The notes below the pieces were generated by a model. The model worked only from the letters and a program-made list of their open reading frames with translations, was not told where the DNA came from and ran no database searches. Shown here piece after piece: positions 48,840-58,145 of a stretch of 64,000 nt of DNA. Made by a program: the position numbers and the translations under genes. The stretch is from Candidatus Micrarchaeaceae archaeon (GTDB lineage Archaea > Micrarchaeota > Micrarchaeia > Micrarchaeales > CABMGC01), in assembly GCA_038877255.1 (NCBI GenBank), contig JAVYWZ010000001.1:1-64000 (forward strand). Direction: 5' to 3'. The stretch's first letter is position 1. Each line of letters opens with the position of its first letter.

Positions 48840-50315
48840 TTATTCTTTTCCAAGACCTATGCCTTTTATCTGCTCCTTTATTACATCTTCGTCAGCGCCG
48901 TTGCTGACTTTTGCAGTAATTGCAAGGTATTTTGTCAAGCCGACTTCAAGGCCTTCCGGAGTCTCAGAAATGCAGATCTTGCCTGACTGAGTGCCATGTA
49001 CTTCTCTCGGTGCGAAGTGAGGATGCTTCTTTGCGAGAGGCGACTTGACGCGCCTTATGTGCGCTAACATTGATATCATATTAGTTCTATCAAGAACCTG
49101 GGAAACACCAGTTTGGCCTGCGGTCCACGTGCCTGTGCCCATTGCATACGCTATTTTTTCAGTAAGAGTGTCAGAACTTATTATGTTGCTTACGTTTAGC
49201 TTTCTTCCGCGCGCGCTGGATCTCTCAATCTGGTACTTGACGTCTTTTATGAAGAACTTTAATGCATATACAAAGAGCTCTTCCATCAAAGGCCCTGCAA
49301 ACTTCACGCGCCTATTTGCGTAATGGTCTTTGTCATCTTGCCTTGCAAGCTTGTTTGCAACCTTGCAGGCTTTCCTTGCCATCTGAATAAGGTATATGCC
49401 TTTTAATTCCCTGCTTTCGCTTGTTGTGCCTATGTGTGGGAGCAGGTATGTATCGATTTGTGTTTCTGCACGCCTTAGCTGATATTCCTTTGCCTGTCCG
49501 GGAGCGGCGCCTGCTCCGAGCTCCAAGAGAGCGTCGCTTGGGCCCATATTTCCTGCGCTGCTGAGTTCTCTGTTTAATAGCATGTCGTTCATGAACACAG
49601 TCAAATCGCTTGCTTGGTTCATAATGCGCTCATGCGTAAGACCAAGCGCACGGAGAAGAGTGTAAAGTTCTACTCCGCCTTTCTTTGAAGTAGGAAATTC
49701 AACAGAAAAAACACCATGCATATTCCTTGTGACTACTGTCCTTGCCCTGAAACCAGGTGCAGTTGAGAATACCTTTGAAGTTACAGAGCCGTCTTTCTCT
49801 TTTGTCACTATCACACGGTTTGGAGCCAGGTCTTCCAAGCCAATAAGAACACGTTCTGTGCCTTTAATAAGGAAGTAGCCGCCTTTGTCTTCAGGGTCTT
49901 CGCCCTGTTCAACAAGCTGGGTACTTGTCATGTTCTTTGTGTGGCAGAGGTTGCTGCCTACCATAACAGGCAGCTCTCCTATGAATACCTCATTGGCATC
50001 GTTCCTTTTCTCTATGCCCCTTATTATTGGCATTATTTCAAGGAACATCGGTGCTGCATATGTCAGATTTCGCAGCCTTGCCTCATTTGGCATGAGCACG
50101 CGCCTTGAGCTATCTGCTTCTATTACTGATGGCTTTTCAAGCCTCAGCCTGCCAAGCCTAAGGCCAAATCCTTCGACATTGGGCATTATTACATTGTTTG
50201 CGTCGATTATCCTCTGAATTTCTATCTCAACAAATCTGTTGTAACTTTCAAGCTGGTGCTGCACTATAGAAGTAGATTGAAGAAGCGAATCTAGCAACAA
50301 ATCGGAGTGGTCCAT
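48840..50315 (-). CDS. rpoB2: RNA polymerase subunit B'' (Rpo2N)
   Basis: PNEARLRNLTY, GGYFLIKGTERV, DKDHYANRR, ETPEG..VGL. Confidence 0.97.
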   Translation of the reverse strand: MDHSDLLLDSLLQSTSIVQHQLESYNRFVEIEIQRIIDANNVIMPNVEGFGLRLGRLRLEKPSVIEADSSRRVLMPNEARLRNLTYAAPMFLEIMPIIRGIEKRNDANEVFIGELPVMVGSNLCHTKNMTSTQLVEQGEDPEDKGGYFLIKGTERVLIGLEDLAPNRVIVTKEKDGSVTSKVFSTAPGFRARTVVTRNMHGVFSVEFPTSKKGGVELYTLLRALGLTHERIMNQASDLTVFMNDMLLNRELSSAGNMGPSDALLELGAGAAPGQAKEYQLRRAETQIDTYLLPHIGTTSESRELKGIYLIQMARKACKVANKLARQDDKDHYANRRVKFAGPLMEELFVYALKFFIKDVKYQIERSSARGRKLNVSNIISSDTLTEKIAYAMGTGTWTAGQTGVSQVLDRTNMISMLAHIRRVKSPLAKKHPHFAPREVHGTQSGKICISETPEGLEVGLTKYLAITAKVSNGADEDVIKEQIKGIGLGKE

Positions 50316-50339
50316 CGAAACATCTAATTGCTTAATAAG

Positions 50340-50555
50340 TTACTGTCTGGGAACTACTAGCCTGTAGTACTTTGATTTGCCGCGACTTATTTCTATTACT
50401 TGACCTATTTTTGCTCCTAGCAGCTTTGCTTGCGGATCGTCTACAAAGATTTTTGGTAGGTTTGCAAGGCTAAGGCTTAGCTTTTTAAGCACGCTCTCGG
50501 CTTCGCTCTGGCTAAGGACTTTATGTGGCGGTACAAGGTAGTGATCGCTATTCAA
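50340..50555 (-). CDS. rpoH: RNA polymerase subunit H (Rpo5)
   Basis: HYLVPPHKVL, LPKI..DDP, YYRLV. TTG start after AGGTG. Confidence 0.93.
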   Translation of the reverse strand: MNSDHYLVPPHKVLSQSEAESVLKKLSLSLANLPKIFVDDPQAKLLGAKIGQVIEISRGKSKYYRLVVPRQ

Positions 50556-50697
50556 TTCTACACCTAAAAAAAGCTACAGGCTACTGGCTACCAATATTTA
50601 TGCAAGAAAAGTCTTTTATAGCTTTCGCTGTTTGCAGAGCGGCTTCATACTATGCAGAAGCGCTGATTTTATGTACTGACTTTCGGAGTTTCTAAAA

Positions 50698-50757
50698 GCA
50701 ATATTTCTCCTAATTTAAGTTTAGGAGCTTCAAGGGCTTGATTGATTGTCATTATGC
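50698..50757 (-). mobile_element. IS200/IS605-type right-end remnant (copy 2)
   Basis: Near-copy of 28954-29014, with hairpin CTCCTAA-tttaagt-TTAGGAG. Confidence 0.5.
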
Positions 50758-50860
50758 AATAAGCATATTTCCTGCTTCGCAGGCAATTGCTTCTTATTTG
50801 GCAAGCTACTGCTAGGCAAAGAGATAAAAACCTTAAGTAAAATATTATTTGTGTGATTTT

Positions 50861-51277
50861 ATGATAACAGGACTAACTGTAAGCAGCGTATCTGCGAATA
50901 GGCCCACTAACGAGAGCATAACGAACATGAAGTTTAACATAAACTTTGATGATGTAAAAGTAGATAACGGCAATGTGGAGGTCTTGTATACGTTCACTGC
51001 TGATTACCAAGGAGGCGAGAATAACAGCAAGAGCGTCGGCGATCTTAAGATAGCAGGCAAAATAAGTGCAAAGGAAGACAAGAAAAAGTCAGACGAAATA
51101 AGCAAGACGTGGCTTGACAAGAAAACACTGCCCATAGATTTTGCTGAAGATCTTATCAATCTGCTCAACTTCGAGTGCGGATCAAGGGGCACATTGCTTG
51201 CATGGAGCATTGGCTTGATAGCGCCGCTGCCTCTTTCAAGGGCAAAGTTGCAGGAGCAGCAAAAGCCTGCAACATAA
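50861..51277 (+). CDS. Conserved archaeal protein, probable SecB-like fold
   Basis: Four beta-strand-like segments, then helices ending in GLIAPLPL, resembling the SecB C-terminal G.PP..LP pattern. Confidence 0.55.
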   Translation: MITGLTVSSVSANRPTNESITNMKFNINFDDVKVDNGNVEVLYTFTADYQGGENNSKSVGDLKIAGKISAKEDKKKSDEISKTWLDKKTLPIDFAEDLINLLNFECGSRGTLLAWSIGLIAPLPLSRAKLQEQQKPAT

Positions 51278-51322
51278 AGCAGCAAGCACAACAATTATTA
51301 GAATTGACACAAAACAAATATT

Positions 51323-53743
51323 ATGCAATTACATGGCATAGTGCTTGACGTAGATACCATTTCTGAAGGCAGCAGAAGCATAATAAGGCTGGCAGTAAAA
51401 ACGCAGCAAGGCTTCATAGCAATTTATGATTACAACTTCATGCCGTATCTTTACCTGCACCCTAGAAACGAGAGACTGAGCGCTGACGCGATAGCCAGCA
51501 TAAAGGTGCCAAACGGCAATTCTTACGCTACGATAAAAAAGATTGAGAAAAAGGAAATGAGCCTGTTTGGCAGGCAAATAAACGTGTTCAAAATCTATAC
51601 AGAGGACGCAAAGAATATACCGCAGCTTAAGTCCTATTTAGAAGAGTTCGGCACCTGCTACGAGTACGACATTCCTTTCTGGAAACGCTACCTAATAGAC
51701 AAAGATATTTCTCCGCTCAGTGGCATAAGCGCAGAAGTGCATGAGGAATCCGAAAAATTGAGCATAGACAAGATAGAAAATTCAGATGAAAGCGGAATAG
51801 AGCTATCGCATTTGTGTTTTGACATAGAGACGTATAATCCAAAGGCCGAGCCGAGAATGAATATAGACCCGATAATCATGATAAGCTTTGCGAATGAAAA
51901 GGTAAAGCACATAATTTCTACAAAACGCGTTAACAGGGATTTTGCAATAAAGGCAAAAGATGAGAAGGAAATGCTTGAACTGTTCGCAAAGGAAATAAGA
52001 GAAGGGGATTATGACATAATCGCAGGCTACAATTCCTCTAATTTTGACATACCTTATTTGCTAACGCGCGCCAAGAAGCTCAACGCGGAATTTGATATAT
52101 GTAGATTTGAAAATGAAACGCCATACACTATGCACCACGGCCTACTGAACCTTGTCAAGATACCAGGAAGGATAAACATCGATGTTTACAATACCGCCAG
52201 GTTCGTCGCAGTAGTCGGCACTGCAGAATACCTTATAAAAGTCAACAGGTTTACGCTCGGCGAGGTCTACAAGGCGCTAACGGGCAATGTGAAGAAAACA
52301 GTTAACAAGCCAGGCATATACAAAATGTATGACTCTGAAGGCGACGAACTAGACAAGCTTGCAGATTATTCGCTTGACGACTCTGTTTCACTTGAAGAGC
52401 TCTATCGATTCTTCATGCCCCTTGAAATAGAGATTTCTAAACTTGCAGGCACTACTCTAGCAGAAACTGCAATATCGACTACAGGCCAGCTTGTCGAATA
52501 TTTGCTCATGCGCTATGCACACAGAAACAACCAGCTGATACCAAACAAACCAGAGGGCGAAGAGATAAACGACAGGCTCTCAAACTCTTTTGAAGGAGCA
52601 TATGTAAAAACGCCGAGCGCAGGAATATACAACAATCTTGCCGTGCTTGACTTCCGCGGGCTATATCCTTCAATAATAATAGCGCACAACATAGACCCTT
52701 CTACATTGCTCAACGCGCAGGAAGGTGCAGGCATCGACTGCTATGAATCACCAACAGGGGCAAGATTCAGGAAAGAGCCTAAGGGAATAATACCTACGGT
52801 GCTAAAGCTTTTGATAAACGAGAGGGAAGGCGTTAAGAAAGCATATAAGCAGAACCCAGACAACAAGGCGCTTGGCGCAAGGTCTCAGGCGCTTAAGATA
52901 ATAGCAAATTCATTCTATGGCTATTTGGGCTATGCAAGGTCGCGTTGGTACTCGCGCGCCTGCGGGGCAAGCGTAACCGCATATGGAAGGGATTACATAA
53001 AAGAAACAATAGAAAAGAGCGAACGCGCAGGCTTCCAGGTGCTTTACTCAGATACCGATAGCGTGGTCTTGCTTCTTGGAAACAAGACAAAACAAAATGT
53101 TCTTGACTTTCTGAAGCAGGTAAATAGCGAATTGCCAGAGTCGATGGATCTTGAGCTGGAAGACTTTTATGTCAGAGGCGTCTTTGTAGGCAAGAAAGGC
53201 GGTGGTGATATCGGTGCTAAGAAGAAGTATGCACTTCTTTCAGAATCAGGAAGGATAAAAATAAGGGGCTTCGAGCTAGTGCGCAGGGACTGGTCAAGTA
53301 TAGCAAGGGAAACCCAGAAAAAAGTTCTTGAGGAGATTTTGAAAGAAGGCAGCAAGGAGCGCGCTGTTGCAATAGTAAAAGAGGTCATAAAGAAGCTGCA
53401 AACAGGCAATGTGGAGCTGAAAGACCTAGTAATCTACACGCAGCTGAGAAAGAGCATAAATACATATGATGCCACTTCACCCGAGCTCAAGGCCGCACAG
53501 AAAGCGATAAAGAAGGGCAAGCTGCTTGCAGAAATGGAGAATGCAACAATAGGCTACATAATAACAAAACATGGCAGCAGCATATCAGACAAGGCAGAGC
53601 TCGAAGAATACGCGCAAGACTACGACGCTGATTACTACATAAACCATCAGGTAATACCAGCTACGCTGAAGATACTCAAGGAGCTTGGCGTGAGCGAGGA
53701 GGAGCTGAAGGGCGAAGGCATGCAAAGAAGGCTAGGTAGTTAG
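51323..53743 (+). CDS. polB: Family B DNA polymerase
   Basis: Exo I FDIETY, Exo II GYNSSNFDIPYL, DFRGLYPSII, KIIANSFYGY, YSDTDS, KKKYA. No intein visible. Confidence 0.97.
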   Translation: MQLHGIVLDVDTISEGSRSIIRLAVKTQQGFIAIYDYNFMPYLYLHPRNERLSADAIASIKVPNGNSYATIKKIEKKEMSLFGRQINVFKIYTEDAKNIPQLKSYLEEFGTCYEYDIPFWKRYLIDKDISPLSGISAEVHEESEKLSIDKIENSDESGIELSHLCFDIETYNPKAEPRMNIDPIIMISFANEKVKHIISTKRVNRDFAIKAKDEKEMLELFAKEIREGDYDIIAGYNSSNFDIPYLLTRAKKLNAEFDICRFENETPYTMHHGLLNLVKIPGRINIDVYNTARFVAVVGTAEYLIKVNRFTLGEVYKALTGNVKKTVNKPGIYKMYDSEGDELDKLADYSLDDSVSLEELYRFFMPLEIEISKLAGTTLAETAISTTGQLVEYLLMRYAHRNNQLIPNKPEGEEINDRLSNSFEGAYVKTPSAGIYNNLAVLDFRGLYPSIIIAHNIDPSTLLNAQEGAGIDCYESPTGARFRKEPKGIIPTVLKLLINEREGVKKAYKQNPDNKALGARSQALKIIANSFYGYLGYARSRWYSRACGASVTAYGRDYIKETIEKSERAGFQVLYSDTDSVVLLLGNKTKQNVLDFLKQVNSELPESMDLELEDFYVRGVFVGKKGGGDIGAKKKYALLSESGRIKIRGFELVRRDWSSIARETQKKVLEEILKEGSKERAVAIVKEVIKKLQTGNVELKDLVIYTQLRKSINTYDATSPELKAAQKAIKKGKLLAEMENATIGYIITKHGSSISDKAELEEYAQDYDADYYINHQVIPATLKILKELGVSEEELKGEGMQRRLGS

Positions 53744-53768
53744 AGTTTAATGCCCGCGATGTGATTTA

Positions 53769-54749
53769 ATGAATGACATAAACACAAACACAAACGCAAA
53801 TATAAATACAAATACAAATACAACCGACATAAAAAGGAAAGAAAAGGAAGATGCAAAATACAGTTATAACTATGCAGAGTGGCGAGAAGCAGGCGCACTG
53901 TCATACAAGGCAATAAACTATGCCAAAACGCTGATAAAGCCTGGCGCCAAGATTCTCGATGTTGCAAACGCAGTAGAGGCGTACGTACTTGAAAATGGGC
54001 AAAGGCCAGCGTTTCCCATAAACCTTTCAATAAACGAAGCCGCAGCGCACTACACGCCTGGGGCAAGCGACACTGCTGTTTTTACTGAAAAAGATCTAAT
54101 AAAGGTTGATTTCGGCTCAAAGAAAGGCACAGGCGCAGGTGATTGCGCACTGACCATTGACTTGTCTGACAAATATGCTAAGCTTGTAGAGGCAAGCGAG
54201 AAGGCTCTGCAAGAAGCAATAAGCATAGTAAAGGCGGGAAGGCGCGTCGATGAGATAGGAAAAGCAATAGAAGCTGTGGCAAAGTCATATGGCTTCTCGC
54301 CGATACGCAACCTTGGAGGCCATGGCATAACAGAAACAGATCTGCATGCATATATGTTCATTCCGAACTATGACAACGGCGATGCCACAGAGCTCGAAGA
54401 GGGCCAGGTAGTTGCAATAGAGCCTTTCATGACCACAGGTGAAGGCTATGTGGTTGAGGGCACAACCATAGAGATATTGGCTAAAACAGCAGATACAAAT
54501 CCGCGCTCACAAGCTGCAAGAAGGGCGCAGACCTTCATAAATGACAATTATGGCACGTATCCATTTGCAATACGATGGCTCACAAAAGAGCTCGGCGAAT
54601 TTGAAGCCAGAAGAGCGATAGCAGAGCTTTCAGCGCTTGGCGTTATAGAAGCGTATCCAGTACTGATTGAGCGCAGCAAGGGCATGGTAGCACAGTCAGA
54701 AGCAAGCCTAATAGTAACGACAGATTCGTGCGAAATAATTACGAAATAG
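53769..54749 (+). CDS. map: Methionine aminopeptidase type II
   Basis: AFPINLSINEAAAHYTP, KVDFG, DCALT, NLGGHG, AIEPF, AQSE. Confidence 0.95.
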   Translation: MNDINTNTNANINTNTNTTDIKRKEKEDAKYSYNYAEWREAGALSYKAINYAKTLIKPGAKILDVANAVEAYVLENGQRPAFPINLSINEAAAHYTPGASDTAVFTEKDLIKVDFGSKKGTGAGDCALTIDLSDKYAKLVEASEKALQEAISIVKAGRRVDEIGKAIEAVAKSYGFSPIRNLGGHGITETDLHAYMFIPNYDNGDATELEEGQVVAIEPFMTTGEGYVVEGTTIEILAKTADTNPRSQAARRAQTFINDNYGTYPFAIRWLTKELGEFEARRAIAELSALGVIEAYPVLIERSKGMVAQSEASLIVTTDSCEIITK

Positions 54750-54772
54750 AACAAATTGATGCGCTCTGCAGG

Positions 54773-54880
54773 CTCAGCGTCGGTGAAGCGAGAAATGTAA
54801 GGCTTGCAATAGCATACAGCACAACGCAGCGAACCAATCACGTGCTTTTGCTCTGCATTACGCATGCAGAGTCAATGTGA
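54773..54880 (+). pseudogene. Degenerate duplicate of the argS 3' end
   Basis: Translates LSVGEARNVRLAIAYSTTQRTNHVLLLCITHAESM*, against ArgS C-terminus LGGGEARNARLAIVYITMQTIANGMLLLGITPAESM*. Confidence 0.9.
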
Positions 54881-54972
54881 AACATAAAACAAAAAAACAA
54901 TTCATTAAACGCTTACAAAAGCAGCATTACTGATATATAAGAATGTGCAGTCTGCACATCACGACACGCTGC
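54773..54972 (+). repeat. Left arm of ~200-bp imperfect inverted repeat (partner 62858-63064)
   Basis: For example cttacaaaagcagcattactgatatataagaatgt is present here and as its reverse complement near 62882-62916. Confidence 0.92.
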
Positions 54973-57900
54973 CGAAGCTGACGCTTGGCATTACGCCATT
55001 TGGCGGGTAGGCACGGGTGCGGAGCCAATAAATATATTGTAACGATGAAGTACGAAGGTAATATTCATATGTTGCAAAATTGAAACATGAAAGGGTCTCT
55101 GTTGTAGCTGTTGTTGTAGAATAGATACTTGTATAATTTATTAGCATACTTAATGAAGTACCTGAAGCCATAGACATAGTGTATATTTTAGTGCCGTTTG
55201 TATCGTGATAACCTGTAGAAGCACTAAATTCCACACCATTATTGCCTAAATATATTAAATTAGATGTTGTGTTACCTTCCGAAAACGAATATCCTGAAAA
55301 GTTGCTTGGCAATCCTTCAGAAGTTCCTATGTAGCTACCATTTAATTTAATTGCATCATACATATTACCATATACATCCCATACTGTTGTAGTGCTTTTT
55401 AATGATGCTGGAAGCGTGCAAAGTAATAGCCCATCCCAGCCCGATGAATTTGATGCTATTTCTGTATATGTTGATGCAAATGTTACAGCTGTATTACCCA
55501 TCCTGCTCCAGTTTGAAGGAAGCCCATGTCCATTTAATCCTCCCCATCTTTGATAATATGTGAACACGCTTGCCCCATCATCGTATTGGGCGTAGGTGCT
55601 TGAGAGCTGCGGGGCTTCCCCTATGCCAGTTGTGCCTGAGCTTGATAAGAGGTTTGTGGTCTTTGAGGCAAAGCCGAGATAGAAGCTTGTAGTTGTGTTC
55701 TTAATCTTTACCCATGTGATAAGCTTGCCTGAGCTGTTGCTTTCAATCCAAGCAGGTATTATCGTGCCATTCGCATAAAAGTATTCAAAGTTTGCGAAAT
55801 TGTTGTTATACGCAATATATGAAGAATATGTGCTTTCTGTAATATTAACCATTTGCTGAACGTATGCGCCGTGTCCAACATTCCATGAGGTTGAAAGGCT
55901 CAATTGCGTATATGTGGTTATACCTGAAGGTAAAGGTAAAGATCTTACAGTTAAACTTTGTGGTGTGCTGTTTTTGCCTGCTGTTATATCATTAGCGTAA
56001 TAGCTGCTGTATGTGCCTGCTGCTAAAGCTCCTGCTGAATATGTATAGGTTGCGCTTCCTGTGCCTGTGGCTATGGCTGTGCCTAAGCTTGGGTAGTCTA
56101 TTGCGCAGCTATCTGTGCTTGGGGTGCAGGTGGCTGTAATGGTTATGGCTGAGCCATAAGCAGCCGGGTTAGGGGAAATGGTGAGCGTAGGAATACCTTG
56201 CATACCACCGAAGCTGACGCTTGGCATTACGCCATTTGGCGGGTAGGCACGGACACGAACCCAATATACATTTATAGGATAAGTTGTTGAAACTAAAGAT
56301 TGAGCTGGGCTAAGCCAATTTGAAATTGTAATATATAAAGGAGTAGTAGGCACATATGTGGTAGTTGAAGCATAAGATGTAGTTTCACTGTTATACGCTA
56401 CATAGAATTCAGAAGAGGTATACCAAACACCAAATATGTTATAATTTGAATTTGGCGAAATATAATTACTTTTGACAAAACCATTATAATTTGATGCTGT
56501 TGTAGTTTCGGCATCTACTCCGTTAACCTGAAATGCATCTCCTACCCATCCACCACCTATTTCATTCTCTGAATTATCTGCATGCCAAGCTTCTGAATTA
56601 GATGCTGTTACACTTAATGGAACAATTCTAAAATTGGTAGTATAAAATGAATTTAAATTTGCATAGCTTTCTATTATCTGATTTCCTGTTATTTCAAAAG
56701 AATTACTTGATATGTATGTGTAAGAGCCAGTAGCGGCGCTATATGGTATTGTTTCCGTTAAACCATTATTAATTGAAATTGTTCCTCCCGAGCTCCCACT
56801 ATTCCATTTGGTTGTATTCAATGTCGTTCCAGCAAAGTTATCGTAGAAGTTGAACACGCTTGCCCCGTTATCGTATTCTGCGTAGGTGCTTGAGAGCTGT
56901 GGCGCTTCTCCAGTGGGTCCAGACGCTGACATGACATTGCTTGGCATGAAGTCCATGTAAATAGTGATGCTGCTGCTGGCGCCTATGCCGTTAGGCAGGT
57001 TTATCCATACGATAGTATGCGTTGCCGTATTGCTGGCATTTGATTCTACCCATGCCTGCAGCGCTGTACCTGTGCCGTCGCTTCCTGTCGTAAATTCCAC
57101 ATTGCTCCACTGAGAATTAATGTAAGAGGAATAGGTACTGCTATTTACAACAACCATCTGCTGGAACGGCGCTGGCGTTGCTGTGCTCTGCGAATTCGTA
57201 AGTGTTATTGGCACGTAGTAGATGGTTGTGGTTGAGGTAGTGGATGTTGTCGAGGTCGATGTCGTTGACGTTGTTGAAGTCGTTGAAGTCGATGTCGTCG
57301 ATGTCGTTGAGGTAGAGGACGTTGTCGAAGTTGATGATGTTGAGGTAGAGGATGTTGAAGATGTTGAAGATGTTGACGTTGTTGAAGTGATAGTGACAAA
57401 CACTGCCATTATTGACCCGTTTCCAGACGATGAAAACGCAGTGCTCTGCGAAGACGTACTTTCGATTGAAACATTATGCGATACGCTCCAAGAGCCAAAG
57501 TCATATGTGCTGTTTGGCTGCGCAAAAATGGAATAGCTTACAGTATATAGCGTAATTACATTGGCCCCGTTTCCATATGGCGTGCCATCCAACTTGATCT
57601 TGCCGATATTGCTCGGGCTCGTTTCAAGTGTTATGCGGTCGAAAACAGGTCTTTGCGGCGAAACCGTAGCGGTAGCAGCGCCGCTAAAATTGTAAGGCGT
57701 GCACTTTCCATCTGTACAAAGTTCATACGTTGCTGCAAAATTTACGTTTGATTGGGTGCCTATGCTTCTAAAAAGACCAGTTGCTGTGGCGTTGCAAACA
57801 ATTAGAGAATAGGGCTTTGCAACATAAGGAGTGCATGTTCCTGTAAAGCCAGTCGTATTGTAATAGGGGAATAAGCTGAAGGAGTTTGCTGTAAAGCTTA

Positions 57901-58132
57901 TATTTACGTTCATATAGTTGCTAAAAACAACAACGCCTTTAAGCCCTGATGCGTTTTCCATAAGCAAGAAATCCTCGCACGGGAATGTTGGCGAAATGTA
58001 ACATGAAGCAGGCGCATACGCGCTTATTCCCTTTGAAGAAACAAGAATCAAAATCACGCTTACAAATATTGCTATTATTATAAACGACCAGCCATATGTC
58101 GTAAGAAATTCAATTGCAGACTGTTCCCGCAT
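54959..58132 (-). CDS. Large surface protein: class III signal peptide, pilin-like domain, Ser/Thr linker, two DUF2341-like/lectin-like modules
   Basis: MRE|QSAIEFLTTYGW N-terminus (start moved to 58132). Poly-S/T linker. Two GEAPQLSSTYA.YD.GASVF...RAYPPNGVMPSVSFG modules. Confidence 0.85.
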   Translation of the reverse strand: MREQSAIEFLTTYGWSFIIIAIFVSVILILVSSKGISAYAPASCYISPTFPCEDFLLMENASGLKGVVVFSNYMNVNISFTANSFSLFPYYNTTGFTGTCTPYVAKPYSLIVCNATATGLFRSIGTQSNVNFAATYELCTDGKCTPYNFSGAATATVSPQRPVFDRITLETSPSNIGKIKLDGTPYGNGANVITLYTVSYSIFAQPNSTYDFGSWSVSHNVSIESTSSQSTAFSSSGNGSIMAVFVTITSTTSTSSTSSTSSTSTSSTSTTSSTSTTSTTSTSTTSTTSTTSTSTTSTTSTTTIYYVPITLTNSQSTATPAPFQQMVVVNSSTYSSYINSQWSNVEFTTGSDGTGTALQAWVESNASNTATHTIVWINLPNGIGASSSITIYMDFMPSNVMSASGPTGEAPQLSSTYAEYDNGASVFNFYDNFAGTTLNTTKWNSGSSGGTISINNGLTETIPYSAATGSYTYISSNSFEITGNQIIESYANLNSFYTTNFRIVPLSVTASNSEAWHADNSENEIGGGWVGDAFQVNGVDAETTTASNYNGFVKSNYISPNSNYNIFGVWYTSSEFYVAYNSETTSYASTTTYVPTTPLYITISNWLSPAQSLVSTTYPINVYWVRVRAYPPNGVMPSVSFGGMQGIPTLTISPNPAAYGSAITITATCTPSTDSCAIDYPSLGTAIATGTGSATYTYSAGALAAGTYSSYYANDITAGKNSTPQSLTVRSLPLPSGITTYTQLSLSTSWNVGHGAYVQQMVNITESTYSSYIAYNNNFANFEYFYANGTIIPAWIESNSSGKLITWVKIKNTTTSFYLGFASKTTNLLSSSGTTGIGEAPQLSSTYAQYDDGASVFTYYQRWGGLNGHGLPSNWSRMGNTAVTFASTYTEIASNSSGWDGLLLCTLPASLKSTTTVWDVYGNMYDAIKLNGSYIGTSEGLPSNFSGYSFSEGNTTSNLIYLGNNGVEFSASTGYHDTNGTKIYTMSMASGTSLSMLINYTSIYSTTTATTETLSCFNFATYEYYLRTSSLQYIYWLRTRAYPPNGVMPSVSFGSVS
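54972..56252. repeat. Identical 45-bp direct repeat (54972-55016 and 56208-56252)
   Basis: ccgaagctgacgcttggcattacgccatttggcgggtaggcacgg occurs twice with no mismatch. Confidence 0.95.
55561..56910. repeat. 60-bp imperfect direct repeat (55561-55620 and 56851-56910)
   Basis: 53 of 60 identical by manual comparison; encodes EAPQLSSTYA.YD.GASVF. Confidence 0.92.
57222..57395 (-). repeat. Low-complexity Ser/Thr linker coding repeat
   Basis: TSTTSTSSTSSTSSTSTSSTSTTSS... encoded by degenerate ACA/TCA/ACG/TCG repeats. Confidence 0.85.
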
Positions 58133-58145
58133 TGTCTCTATGTAC

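Noticed and set aside
54972..56910. Diversity-generating retroelement TR/VR pair
   Set aside because: One repeat pair is identical, mismatches in the other are not confined to adenines, both copies lie inside the same ORF, and no reverse transcriptase is present.
57205..57536. Val/Asp/Glu-rich and Gln/His/Arg-rich ORFs
   Set aside because: Antisense and alternate-frame shadows of the Ser/Thr linker.
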